Source of the DNA: Saprospiraceae bacterium
GTDB lineage: Bacteria; Bacteroidota; Bacteroidia; Chitinophagales; Saprospiraceae
Length of the DNA stretch: 64,000 nucleotides
Reading direction: 5' to 3'
NCBI GenBank assembly: GCA_016787575.1
Contig: JAEUUO010000036.1
Span: forward strand, 1,266 to 65,265
Shown: positions 17,717-26,968 of the stretch, one piece after another
How the letters are laid out: every line of letters starts with the position of its first letter
How positions within the stretch are numbered: position 1 is the stretch's first letter
The notes under the pieces: model-generated
Told to the model about the DNA's origin: nothing
Database searches by the model: none
The model's input: the letters and a program-made list of their open reading frames with translations, nothing else
Made by a program: the position numbers and the translations under genes

Positions 17717-17864
17717 GTAATATTGGCATTAAGACACGTTTGGCGTCATGTGGATTGACATGGTTACATTCAAGTTCAGTTTTCCAAGTTGGCTTTTGTG
17801 CTGGTTTGTCAGCTTTGTGCTCCGAATATCCGCCGAATGCCAAACGCCAAAACGTTCGTTATCG
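17689..17864 (+). repeat. integron attC site (two possible registers for the opening core: 17689 or 17727)
   Basis: TGATAAAC-ggacttttgg...ttggcatt (or GCATTAAG-acacgtttggcg) pairs with aatgccaaacgccaaaacgttc-GTTATCG at 17836-17864. Confidence 0.55.
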
Positions 17865-17879
17865 GTAATAATTTGTAAA

Positions 17880-18401
17880 ATGGAATTTATAACTAATGAC
17901 AATCCATGGATAAATGGATATCCTATACATGAATCATATTCATTATTAGACTTAAAGGCATTTCATTTAGTTTCAATTTTAAATGCCTCTATGGTTTCAA
18001 ATAATATTGAGGACTTGAATACTTTTCTTATAAAAGAATATGAAATGTCAGAGGTGTCAAGAATTTTATTAGAAATTGCTGTTCAAATTAGAAGTCAAAT
18101 TGATCAAGATTCTCCAATATTTGAAGGAAGAAAATATAATCCCAATTCAATAACAGGAAAGTTAACGATTAACCCTCAGAGTAATTTATGCAAGACAAAA
18201 GATTTATCTTTTAGAGAAGCATGTAATAAAATTATTCATGCTAAACATATTAACTTTGACTTATCAAACGCAATCTCAATTAAGGAATATGATTCTATCA
18301 ACCCAATTATTTATTTGTATGGTGATTTAAATGGAAATGAATGGAAATCTCAATTAGATATATTGAAATTTATTTCAATATTAATTTGTATTAAAAACTA
18401 A
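17880..18401 (+). CDS. hypothetical protein (first gene of an apparent two-gene cassette)
   Basis: Start moved to ATG 17880, downstream of the attC. Contains FREACNKIIHAKH. No confident domain. Confidence 0.45.
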   Translation: MEFITNDNPWINGYPIHESYSLLDLKAFHLVSILNASMVSNNIEDLNTFLIKEYEMSEVSRILLEIAVQIRSQIDQDSPIFEGRKYNPNSITGKLTINPQSNLCKTKDLSFREACNKIIHAKHINFDLSNAISIKEYDSINPIIYLYGDLNGNEWKSQLDILKFISILICIKN

Positions 18402-18506
18402 GTGCACATAGCATCGCATTCACACTATAGCGCAAATATCATGAAGACATTTATCTTGGCGGGCTTGGAAAACATATTTTACATTTAGCTTAAAACCAAG
18501 TGAGGT

Positions 18507-19052
18507 ATGGCGTCAATAGCTGACCGTTTTTTTCATTTAATTTTGAAACCATTTATTTATTCTTTTTTTATTTTTGGATTTATGAACATCTGTTCTGCAG
18601 CTGATTCAATTGATAATGTATTCCTGAAAGATAGTGTTATAAAGGGTGTTTTATCATTTCCAAACTTCAGTTGGGGTAGTTATTATGGCGGGGTAGATAG
18701 TATAATAATCAGGGCAGATAATGAACTCGATAGATTGGAGCAGACCGATTCAGCTTTGTTGACTCCAAATGATGTTGAAACACTTAACATTTATGGAAGG
18801 CTACGCAAAACAAAGCTACTATACAGACCCTTTTTCCATTTGCAAACAGACAGTTCTGAATATATAGTCTATATTGATTCTCTAGCATACGAAAATATCA
18901 ATATTTATAATAAAAAGGAACTCGAGAAAGAAAATTCTATCGTAGAAATTGAATTGATTGGCGAATTTATTAATTTGGGGTCCTTCGATGTAATTAAATG
19001 CAACAAGTTATTGCGCGTTAGGAAAATGATAAAACAAAGCAAGGGTCGATAA
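18507..19052 (+). CDS. hypothetical exported or membrane-anchored protein (second gene of the cassette)
   Basis: Hydrophobic N-terminus ...FIYSFFIFGFMNICSA. Confidence 0.45.
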   Translation: MASIADRFFHLILKPFIYSFFIFGFMNICSAADSIDNVFLKDSVIKGVLSFPNFSWGSYYGGVDSIIIRADNELDRLEQTDSALLTPNDVETLNIYGRLRKTKLLYRPFFHLQTDSSEYIVYIDSLAYENINIYNKKELEKENSIVEIELIGEFINLGSFDVIKCNKLLRVRKMIKQSKGR

Positions 19053-19170
19053 GAAATTTTTCACTCAGTCCTACATGAAAGTTTAATATTTTATTTTGCT
19101 TTTAAACATAATATATTTAACGTTGAATTCCACCTTTAGCAGGACTACATGTATACCATAGTTGTTGTCG
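19047..19170 (+). repeat. integron attC site
   Basis: CGATAAG ... aggactacatgtatacc-ata-GTTGTCG. The opening core matches 6/7 the reverse complement of GTTATCG at 17858-17864. Confidence 0.6.
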
Positions 19171-19237
19171 ATTTCAAATTGATTTCTTAAATAATGAATT
19201 CATATTGACAGGCTAAAATATAGTAAATTGAATTAAA

Positions 19238-19558
19238 ATGAAGTTTGACGTAGAAGATCTTGGATGGCTCTTATTAACTATATGGATAATTCAAACGATT
19301 TTTTATTTAGGGTATTTAGTATTTCACGACACATTCAATTTTGAATTTAGAAAAATCTTGTATATTTCAGTGGCCACCAGCCTGATTCTTTCATTAATAA
19401 TACAATTTGGGGGATTTTATAAAAGCATTCAAGCTGCTACTTGTGGGACTGAAAAATTTAATCCCATTGGAATCATTGGAGTGTATGGAAGTATTGGAAG
19501 TTTGATAATTTATATTATATTTTCAATCTTAAAAAAAGTTATCGATAAACTAACATAA
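19238..19558 (+). CDS. small multi-pass membrane protein (last cassette)
   Basis: Three hydrophobic segments. No recognisable domain. Confidence 0.45.
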   Translation: MKFDVEDLGWLLLTIWIIQTIFYLGYLVFHDTFNFEFRKILYISVATSLILSLIIQFGGFYKSIQAATCGTEKFNPIGIIGVYGSIGSLIIYIIFSILKKVIDKLT

Positions 19559-19695
19559 AAATCCAGCCGTTTAGATTATAAACAAGTAGTCTCTCAAGAA
19601 TTTTATTATTTCACCTTAAGCTTTACTAATAATCTATTTTTTTTGGCCTTAACTTCCATTATTAACAAGACTGCGTGTATACCAAAACGACTCTA
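19543..19695 (+). repeat. terminal, degenerate attC-like site (array end)
   Basis: CGATAAAC... and the conserved right arm caagactgcgtgtataccaaaac are present, but CGACTCT follows where a GTTRRRY core is expected. Confidence 0.45.
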
Positions 19696-20062
19696 TCCTA
19701 ATTCAAATACCCATTTTTAAAACCAATTGGCTATACTCAGAAATTTCTGAATTATTTGATTGCTTGTTCCTCTTATAATATTAAAGACATTTAAGCATTT
19801 AAATTTTTTATAGCATACTGACTTCAAAAGACCTTTAGCTAAACCTTTCTTAAGCCTCCCTTCCATACTAATTTTCCCTATTTTTATGCTCCACTTTAGC
19901 CTACCACAAGGTAAAAGCTATTCCATTTAATATGTTGTTGCTTGCTTGGATATTTTTAATCCATTTAGTAACTTTATGCTGCAATCATCGATATTCTTTT
20001 ACGTTATAGACAAGCATGCCTTGCCTTAATAAAGAAGACGTGTATCAAATAAATCTGCTAGT

Positions 20063-20953
20063 ATGAAAACTGAGAATTTTGAATCGGTTGTAGAACGAAT
20101 GGTGCAGATTAGCAAAGAAAGACCTTTACTTCCTGAAACCTATGTTCCCTGGGCTGATGAGCCGGATAGTCAAACCTTGTTTTTACCTGATAAAATTGTG
20201 TCACTGGAAGGCCATCCTTTGTGGAGCACTTTAACCCGCGACCAACAATCTGAATTGGGCAGACTGGAATCAGTGCAGGTAATGTATTCCTATGCCTGGT
20301 CTGAAACATTGGCTTGTTATTTTTTTAGCAGACACTTGTTGACTCTAAATCCGGATTCGATAGAGTATCGTTTTTTAATTCGCGAGCTCATTGAAGAGTA
20401 TCGTCATCAGGAAATGTTTGGAATGGCTATACGTAAACTGCAACGTGAGCCGGTTCTGCCAACTCGTTTACATAAATTTTTCGGAAATTTTACAATCCGT
20501 TTTCTTCCTCCATCTATGGTATTTATGTCAGTATTATCCATCGAACTGATGGCGGATATTTATGCAAAGCACATTCGGAAAGACCCCAAGGTGTATTCTG
20601 TTATGCGCAAAACAGCTGAGTTGCATCATATTGAAGAACGACGACACATTTTCTATACAGAGGAGTGGCTTAAAAAGTTTACAAGGAATGCTGGTTATAT
20701 AAAAGCTTCTCTATTCAGTTTGCTGGTCATGCTCAATATTTATTTTATACGGACCTTGTATGTTCAAAAGAAATTTTTTATGCAACTGGGCCTGGCAAAT
20801 CCAGAGAAATACTACCGCGCCGCATTGAAAAATTATAACCACAAGTTTTCAGAGTTTGCTTTGCAAGCAACCGTTGATTTTGTGCAATCATTCAATGGGT
20901 TTAATGTAGTTACCAGATTTTTTTGGAAGTGGATATTAAAAGTAAAACTATGA
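20063..20953 (+). CDS. diiron oxygenase (AurF-like family)
   Basis: Two ExxH iron-ligand motifs: ELIEEYRHQE and ELHHIEERRH. Confidence 0.65.
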   Translation: MKTENFESVVERMVQISKERPLLPETYVPWADEPDSQTLFLPDKIVSLEGHPLWSTLTRDQQSELGRLESVQVMYSYAWSETLACYFFSRHLLTLNPDSIEYRFLIRELIEEYRHQEMFGMAIRKLQREPVLPTRLHKFFGNFTIRFLPPSMVFMSVLSIELMADIYAKHIRKDPKVYSVMRKTAELHHIEERRHIFYTEEWLKKFTRNAGYIKASLFSLLVMLNIYFIRTLYVQKKFFMQLGLANPEKYYRAALKNYNHKFSEFALQATVDFVQSFNGFNVVTRFFWKWILKVKL

Positions 20954-21945
20954 AGCAATTTCCAGTTATAAAAGCAATATCCACATACTTACCCAACAAT
21001 CTTGTTCAGACTAAAGATATCGTACAAAAAATAAACTCCGATCATCTTCTTTTGAAAAATGGCCTATTGGAACGACTTCTATATCAAAACACCCGCCATT
21101 TTGCACATACTGAAACGCAAGTTAGTGATTTGGCTTGTGCTGCGGCAGTTAAAATATTAGAACAATGCCCAAACACTGCAATTGACTTTTTGATATTTGC
21201 TGCAGCTTCGTCGGATTTGATAGAGCCGGCAACTGCAAATATTATTCAGCTAAAGTTGGGTTTGAAATGTCCGGTAATGGACATTAAAAATGCTTGCAAC
21301 AGTTTGGTTTCTGCAATGCAAACGGCATCTGCATTTGTTGAAGCGGGCTATTATAAAAATGTGTTGATCGTGAATGGTGAAAAATTGAGTGAAGTAATTA
21401 ATTACAATCCGCGGGATCATGAACATTTGACTCGTTGCCTTGCTTCCTACAGTCTTGGCGATGCAGGTGCAGCTGTTCTGATTGGACTTGGAGAAGGGAG
21501 CAGAATCATTTATCAAAAATTTACTTCGATGGGCACTTATTGGAATTTGAGCACGGTAGCAGGAGGTGGCTCGATGGCTTATCGCGATTTGGATAAATAT
21601 TATTTTGAAAGTGATTCGCGAACATTAAACGATGTATTTAATAAACAGATGCCCGAATTTGTTTTACAATCTTTTCAGGAAGCAAATTGGAAATTAGAGG
21701 ATATCGACTGTGTGATAGCCCATCAAGTATCTAATTCAACAATACCTCAGGTAGCAGAGATATTCAATCTTCCTTTGGAAAAATGTGTGAACACGTTTGG
21801 TCTTTACGGCAACACGGCTGCGGCTACAATTCCACTGGCAATTGATTATGCTTTGAATGAGGGTAAATTGAAAAAAGGAGATAAACTTTTAGTGCTCGGA
21901 ATGGCGGCAGGTATCAGTTTGTCTGTACAACTTATAGAGTGGTAA
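20950..21945 (+). CDS. KASIII/FabH-like thiolase (OleA-like condensing enzyme)
   Basis: Cys-His-Asn triad context: IKNACNS, IAHQVSN, YGNTAAATIP. ATGA overlap with the upstream gene. Confidence 0.75.
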   Translation: MKQFPVIKAISTYLPNNLVQTKDIVQKINSDHLLLKNGLLERLLYQNTRHFAHTETQVSDLACAAAVKILEQCPNTAIDFLIFAAASSDLIEPATANIIQLKLGLKCPVMDIKNACNSLVSAMQTASAFVEAGYYKNVLIVNGEKLSEVINYNPRDHEHLTRCLASYSLGDAGAAVLIGLGEGSRIIYQKFTSMGTYWNLSTVAGGGSMAYRDLDKYYFESDSRTLNDVFNKQMPEFVLQSFQEANWKLEDIDCVIAHQVSNSTIPQVAEIFNLPLEKCVNTFGLYGNTAAATIPLAIDYALNEGKLKKGDKLLVLGMAAGISLSVQLIEW

Positions 21946-23472
21946 ATGGTTTACACCAATTATTTTATAGACATTCTTCAAAAATATGCCGCAGATCAGG
22001 TGTTGCTAATTGAAGGCAAGCAATCAGTAAGAGCATCTGAGCTCTTGCAATCCAGCAAGCAATTAGCCTGTGCCTTGCATAAAAAAGGGATCAAGCAAGG
22101 AGACCGGGTTTTACTTGCTGTCAAACCCAGTATTGAGTTTTTGCAAATCATATACGCCAACATGATGTTGCGTACAATCGTCTCCATTATTGACCCTGAA
22201 ATGGGCCGTGATAATTACAAAGCTAAATTAAAACAATTCAATCCACATCACGCTTTTGTTGACAGTCGTTTGGTGTTGCTGAGCGAACATCCCATTGTGA
22301 AATACATTTTATTGAAATTAAATAAAGCAATTCCTTCTTTTCCAATACTTAAAAATGTAAACATATTTACTGCGGGAATGAGATTGCCAATTTTACAAAA
22401 ACATACTCCTATAAAAAGTTTGTTTAAAACCGTTGAAGAGGAAGTAGACTTTTGTAAAGGAAAAGATGAAGATGAATTTTTAATTACCTATACGAGCGGT
22501 ACATTGTCTCAGCCAAAAGGTGTGGTGCATAGCTATTCTAGTTTAGCAAACAGCATTAGACATTTATCAGACATGCTAAAAAATAATGGAGATACCTCCA
22601 TTGCAACCCACTTACCGCAATTTGCATTGTTAGGAATTAGTGCGGGGGTACAAGTGTATTTGTGGGATCATCAGCTTTCTGCGAAGGCAAAATTAGATTT
22701 TATATCAAGAAATTCTATTAGCTGCTTGTTCGGTCCACCAAGTGATTACTTGCCAATGATGCAGTACCTAGTTTCTGTAAACGAGAAATTCCCAAAATGT
22801 TTAAAAAATATTTATTTAGGCTCTGCACCTGTTTATAGCTCTTTTCTTTCAAAGCTGTCAGCCTGTTGCGAGCAGGTAAAAGTTACTTGCTTGTATGGTA
22901 TGACAGAAAATTTAATGGTTGCCTATGTTGATTCCTATGAAAAACTCACAGCTGATGTTGAGGGCGATTTAGTTGGTACCCCTTTTCCAAAGGTCAAGCT
23001 AAAAATTGAAGCGGATGGCGAAATACGTGTTTCATCCGACCAATTGTTTATACGTTATTTTGAATCAGAAAGGCACAACGGCACGCATCTTACAGGGGAT
23101 TTAGGAAAAATAGATGAAAACGGACGCTTGATTCTTCATGGAAGAAAGAAAGATATGATTATTCGCGGCAATTTTAATGTGTACCCAGGTTTATACGAAC
23201 CAACCATTAATAAAATCGACGGTATAAATGAAGCGGTGATGAAAGGTTTATACAATCCGGAAAAAGCCGATGAAGAAATAATATTGATTGTAGAAAGTGA
23301 GTACCCGATGAAAGCAAACGATGTTTTGCTAAAACTAAAGACGGGTATTCATTCAATTGATAAAGAAGCATTGCCTGATAAAATTATTTTTATGAAGCTG
23401 CCCCGTTCCGGTCGTCAAAACAAAGTGAACCGTAAAGAATTATCGGAACATGTTAAAAAGCTTTTGGCATGA
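21946..23472 (+). CDS. AMP-dependent synthetase/ligase (acyl-adenylate forming; OleC-like candidate)
   Basis: TYTSGTLSQPKGV AMP-binding motif, YGMTE, GDLG...DENG. The start abuts the upstream stop. Confidence 0.8.
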   Translation: MVYTNYFIDILQKYAADQVLLIEGKQSVRASELLQSSKQLACALHKKGIKQGDRVLLAVKPSIEFLQIIYANMMLRTIVSIIDPEMGRDNYKAKLKQFNPHHAFVDSRLVLLSEHPIVKYILLKLNKAIPSFPILKNVNIFTAGMRLPILQKHTPIKSLFKTVEEEVDFCKGKDEDEFLITYTSGTLSQPKGVVHSYSSLANSIRHLSDMLKNNGDTSIATHLPQFALLGISAGVQVYLWDHQLSAKAKLDFISRNSISCLFGPPSDYLPMMQYLVSVNEKFPKCLKNIYLGSAPVYSSFLSKLSACCEQVKVTCLYGMTENLMVAYVDSYEKLTADVEGDLVGTPFPKVKLKIEADGEIRVSSDQLFIRYFESERHNGTHLTGDLGKIDENGRLILHGRKKDMIIRGNFNVYPGLYEPTINKIDGINEAVMKGLYNPEKADEEIILIVESEYPMKANDVLLKLKTGIHSIDKEALPDKIIFMKLPRSGRQNKVNRKELSEHVKKLLA

Positions 23473-24389
23473 AAATTCTTGTGACAGGTGCTTCGGGATT
23501 TATAGGTGGGTATGTAGTAAAGGAATTTGCAAGGAATTCATTGTATTCAATTATTGCCACAGGGCGTTCGTTTACATCTGAATTTGACACACTCTCTAAT
23601 GTAAGTTATTTGCAAGCTGACCTTGCACAGCATTTTCCGGAAACAAGTTGCGATGTCTGCATTCATTGTGCAGGCTTGGCTGATGATCGTGCGACCTCAC
23701 AAGAATTAGAGCGCAACAATGTTGAAGCTACAAATCGATTGTTGCATTCGTTGAAAAATTGTAAATCATTTATTTACATTTCTTCTTCGTCTGTTTATGA
23801 TTTTGAAGATGAACAAGTGAAAACAGAAGACGATGCGACGTTAAATTCCAGCCTTTCATTGTATGGATTGTCTAAATTAAAATCAGAGGATTTGGTAAGA
23901 AACTCAAATATTCCTTCTATTTATATTTTGCGACCCCGGGCTGTATATGGACCTGGCGATCGAGTATTAATGCCCCGGATCTTAAAACTTATTAGAAAGA
24001 ACAAAGTCATTGCACTGGGATCTTTTCAAGTGCAAACAAGCCTGACCCATGTGCATAATTTGTATGAAGCGATTGAAAAGTCTTTAATTCAATCAGCAAA
24101 CAACATTCAGCTTTTTAATATTGCAGATGATTGTGTTTATAATTTATATGAAGTAATTGGTAAATTAGCCTACCATAAATTCGGGCATAAAAACTTTTTT
24201 CACATTCCAGTGTGGTTTATTCAACTCATTATTTCGGCACAATCAGTATTGAACTTACGAGCTGCAGTTTCTCGTCAATCACTCAATTACATGACACAAA
24301 ATTCGGTGTTGTCTATTAGTAAGGCGAAACAGGATTTACAATACAAAGGATCTTATACTTTTTATGAGAGCATTCCTCAATTAGTATAA
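23469..24389 (+). CDS. NAD-dependent epimerase/dehydratase-family reductase (OleD-like candidate)
   Basis: ILVTGASGFIGG Rossmann motif, YGLSK (YxxxK). ATGA overlap with the upstream gene. Confidence 0.75.
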   Translation: MKILVTGASGFIGGYVVKEFARNSLYSIIATGRSFTSEFDTLSNVSYLQADLAQHFPETSCDVCIHCAGLADDRATSQELERNNVEATNRLLHSLKNCKSFIYISSSSVYDFEDEQVKTEDDATLNSSLSLYGLSKLKSEDLVRNSNIPSIYILRPRAVYGPGDRVLMPRILKLIRKNKVIALGSFQVQTSLTHVHNLYEAIEKSLIQSANNIQLFNIADDCVYNLYEVIGKLAYHKFGHKNFFHIPVWFIQLIISAQSVLNLRAAVSRQSLNYMTQNSVLSISKAKQDLQYKGSYTFYESIPQLV

Positions 24390-24609
24390 TTTGCTTATAA
24401 CAAGTTCACAGCTACAAGGACGAATGTAAGGTTTACAAGAATAGGATCCCAGCTGCAATCTAACTCGTCAAGCCAAATTGCACCAGAACTTCTTTTATTT
24501 AATTTAGATTTAGTTTTGGCGATTGAATTAATTACCAGCAAATTCCAGAAAAAACAATTAATCAACTACCATCTTCCACCTACCACCTACCAACTATCCC
24601 CTAATTTCC

Positions 24610-24617
24610 TATTTTTG
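24610..24617 (+). promoter_or_regulatory. Bacteroidota -7 box TAnnTTTG
   Basis: TATTTTTG lies 15 nt upstream of the ATG at 24632. Confidence 0.45.
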
Positions 24618-24631
24618 CAGCAAATTCAACT

Positions 24632-26179
24632 ATGTCCCCGGACACCTCAAAAAATGACTTGCTGTCTGAAGATTCAATTGAACGATGTGTTCAATTGATG
24701 CAGTATTTATGTGAAAACGGAGATCAGTTAGGACATATACATGCCGAACAATTGGATGCTTTACGAAAAGCATCGGGCATTTTCTCAAGACCGGATCGGA
24801 GGGAACGCAAAAAACGATTGAAGGGACTTAAAAATCTGGAGAACCAAAAAATTAAAGAACACAATCGTAAAAGTGTTGCAACTACGGGGATTCGCAAAGC
24901 GCGAACCGACACCGTATTTGTGGCCCCTATGCAATTACAAGAACAGGAGACTCAATCTAAAGTAAAGCAATATTTAAACAGTCCACGCAATTGTTATATC
25001 TGCAAAGCAGAATATACGGAAGTGCATCATTTTTACGATTCCATGTGCACGCCTTGTGGTGACTACAATTATGCCAAGAGATTTCAACATTGCGATTTGA
25101 GTGGGCATGTTGCACTCATTACCGGATCACGATTAAAAATTGGGTATCAGGCAACATTGAAATTACTTAGATCGGGTGCAACTGTTATTGCCACTACGCG
25201 ATTCCCGGTGGATTCTGCATTGCGTTATTCCAAAGAATCCGATTATGCAAGCTGGAAAGACCGTTTGCATATTTATGGTTTGGATTTACGCCACATTCCA
25301 AGTGTGGAATTGTTTTGTTCGCATATTCTGCACCAGTTTTCAAGATTGGATATTCTAATCAACAATGCTGCGCAAACTGTGCGACGACCTCCAGGATTTT
25401 ACAGCCATTTGTTGGAAAATGAATCGCTAACTTTCGAACAATTGCCAGTTGCTGCTCAGGGACTTCTATTTAATCACCATCGGGTTATTCAACAGTTAAA
25501 ACAATTGCAAGTCGATAAACAGGATTTGCAATCATTGCCCGTAAGTTGGGACGTGCATGATTCCGGTATTGGAATCAGCAACTCGGCAGCTTTATCACAA
25601 ATCCCTTATAAAATCGATAAGACCATTGATGCCCATCAATTATTTCCAAGCGGTGCATTGGATGCCGATTTGCAACAAGTTGATTTGCGTAAGACCAATA
25701 GCTGGAGATTGAAATTGGGCGAAATTGAAACAGCTGAAATGATTGAAGTGCAATTGGTCAATGCAATTGCTCCATTTGTTTTAAACAATCAGTTGTTGCA
25801 ATTGATGAAACGTGAACAAACGGGACAAAAACATATTGTCAATGTAACTGCAATGGAAGGTAAATTTTACCGCTTTACCAAAGCTGCCCGACATCCTCAT
25901 ACCAATATGGCAAAAGCAGCACTTAACATGATGACCCATACTGCTGCTGCCGAATTGGCAGAATTTGGAATTTTCATGAATGCGGTAGATACCGGTTGGG
26001 TTACAGATGAAGATCCTGCCGAACTTGCTCAGTACAAATCAGAAGTTCATGATTTTCAACCTCCCTTGGATATTGTAGATGGCGCGGCACGTGTTTGCGA
26101 TCCATTTATAGATGGTATCTTAACAGGAAAACATTGGTGCGGCAAATTTTTAAAAGATTACATGCCAATTGATTGGTAG
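24632..26179 (+). CDS. long SDR-family oxidoreductase with N-terminal extension containing a Cys4 motif
   Basis: [13 protein letters not shown]...NNAAQT, C-terminal NMAKAALN. N-terminal CYICK...CTPC. Confidence 0.65.
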   Translation: MSPDTSKNDLLSEDSIERCVQLMQYLCENGDQLGHIHAEQLDALRKASGIFSRPDRRERKKRLKGLKNLENQKIKEHNRKSVATTGIRKARTDTVFVAPMQLQEQETQSKVKQYLNSPRNCYICKAEYTEVHHFYDSMCTPCGDYNYAKRFQHCDLSGHVALITGSRLKIGYQATLKLLRSGATVIATTRFPVDSALRYSKESDYASWKDRLHIYGLDLRHIPSVELFCSHILHQFSRLDILINNAAQTVRRPPGFYSHLLENESLTFEQLPVAAQGLLFNHHRVIQQLKQLQVDKQDLQSLPVSWDVHDSGIGISNSAALSQIPYKIDKTIDAHQLFPSGALDADLQQVDLRKTNSWRLKLGEIETAEMIEVQLVNAIAPFVLNNQLLQLMKREQTGQKHIVNVTAMEGKFYRFTKAARHPHTNMAKAALNMMTHTAAAELAEFGIFMNAVDTGWVTDEDPAELAQYKSEVHDFQPPLDIVDGAARVCDPFIDGILTGKHWCGKFLKDYMPIDW

Positions 26180-26183
26180 GTGT

Positions 26184-26246
26184 CAGTCTATAGTCTTTAG
26201 TCTCTAGTCTCTAGTCTCTAGTCTCTAGCCTCTAGCCTCTAGTCTA
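26184..26246. repeat. tandem heptamer repeat, (TAGTCTC)n, 9 units
   Basis: cagtcta tagtctt tagtctc x4 tagcctc x2 tagtcta, between convergent genes. Confidence 0.9.
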
Positions 26247-26290
26247 TATGCCTCATTGCAGGATTGGAAAATTGCAGCATAAATCATTCT

Positions 26291-26911
26291 CTAGCCTTTC
26301 TTATTTTTCATCCTCCTCCACTTCATCAATCCATAACAGGCAAGTATTAAGAATATAAAAAATTCAAAAGAGACAAAGGCGATTCCTTTTTGTAAATAGA
26401 GATATACGCACAAAATATCTACTACAATCCATAAAATCCAATTTTCAATATATCGTTTGGCCATTAAGGTATTGGCTACAATGCTGGTAATAGCTACCCA
26501 GGTGTCTGCATAGGGGTAAGCCGCTGCTACCGGAAATAAAGAAGGAAACTGTATATGAATTTTAGTCATCCAATATCCAAATACCAAGGTACATATTGCA
26601 ATCAGGGCGGCTAAAGTAAACCGTTGATTTGTGGAAAGCCATTTTAATGGAAGTTTGGCGCGTTTTTCATTTTTCCAAACATACCAACCATAGATACCAA
26701 TTCCAAAAAAATAGATTTGTAAAAACATGTCCGAATACAATCGGACCTGATAATAAATGAAAAATGCACTTGTGATATTGAGCAATCCAATTGGCCAGCT
26801 TAAAATATTTTCTCGCGCTGCCAGATAGACCGCCCAAATTCCGGCAATTACAGAAAACAATTCCAATGCACTTACATTGTAAGTACCTATTGAGAAAACG
26901 ATTTGTTCCAT
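26291..26911 (-). CDS. pnuC: nicotinamide riboside transporter PnuC
   Basis: About 200 aa multi-pass protein with ARENILSWPIGL, YSDMFLQIYFF..GIYGWYVW and ENWILWIVVD. Confidence 0.75.
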   Translation of the reverse strand: MEQIVFSIGTYNVSALELFSVIAGIWAVYLAARENILSWPIGLLNITSAFFIYYQVRLYSDMFLQIYFFGIGIYGWYVWKNEKRAKLPLKWLSTNQRFTLAALIAICTLVFGYWMTKIHIQFPSLFPVAAAYPYADTWVAITSIVANTLMAKRYIENWILWIVVDILCVYLYLQKGIAFVSFEFFIFLILACYGLMKWRRMKNKKG

Positions 26912-26968
26912 TCGTTCATTCAGGCTTAAAAGAATTCAAGCCTTGGTTTTGACTGAACCAGGGTTTTC

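Noticed and set aside
18398-18542. Candidate attC between ORFs 17880-18401 and 18507-19052
   Set aside because: Arm pairing is weak and no core is complementary to GTTATCG at 17858. The matching core CGATAAG lies at 19047. It is at most a decayed remnant.
24516-24698. 60-aa ORF upstream of and overlapping the SDR gene start
   Set aside because: It overlaps the TAnnTTTG box and the start of the strongly supported 24632 ORF. Its sequence is proline- and glutamine-rich low complexity.
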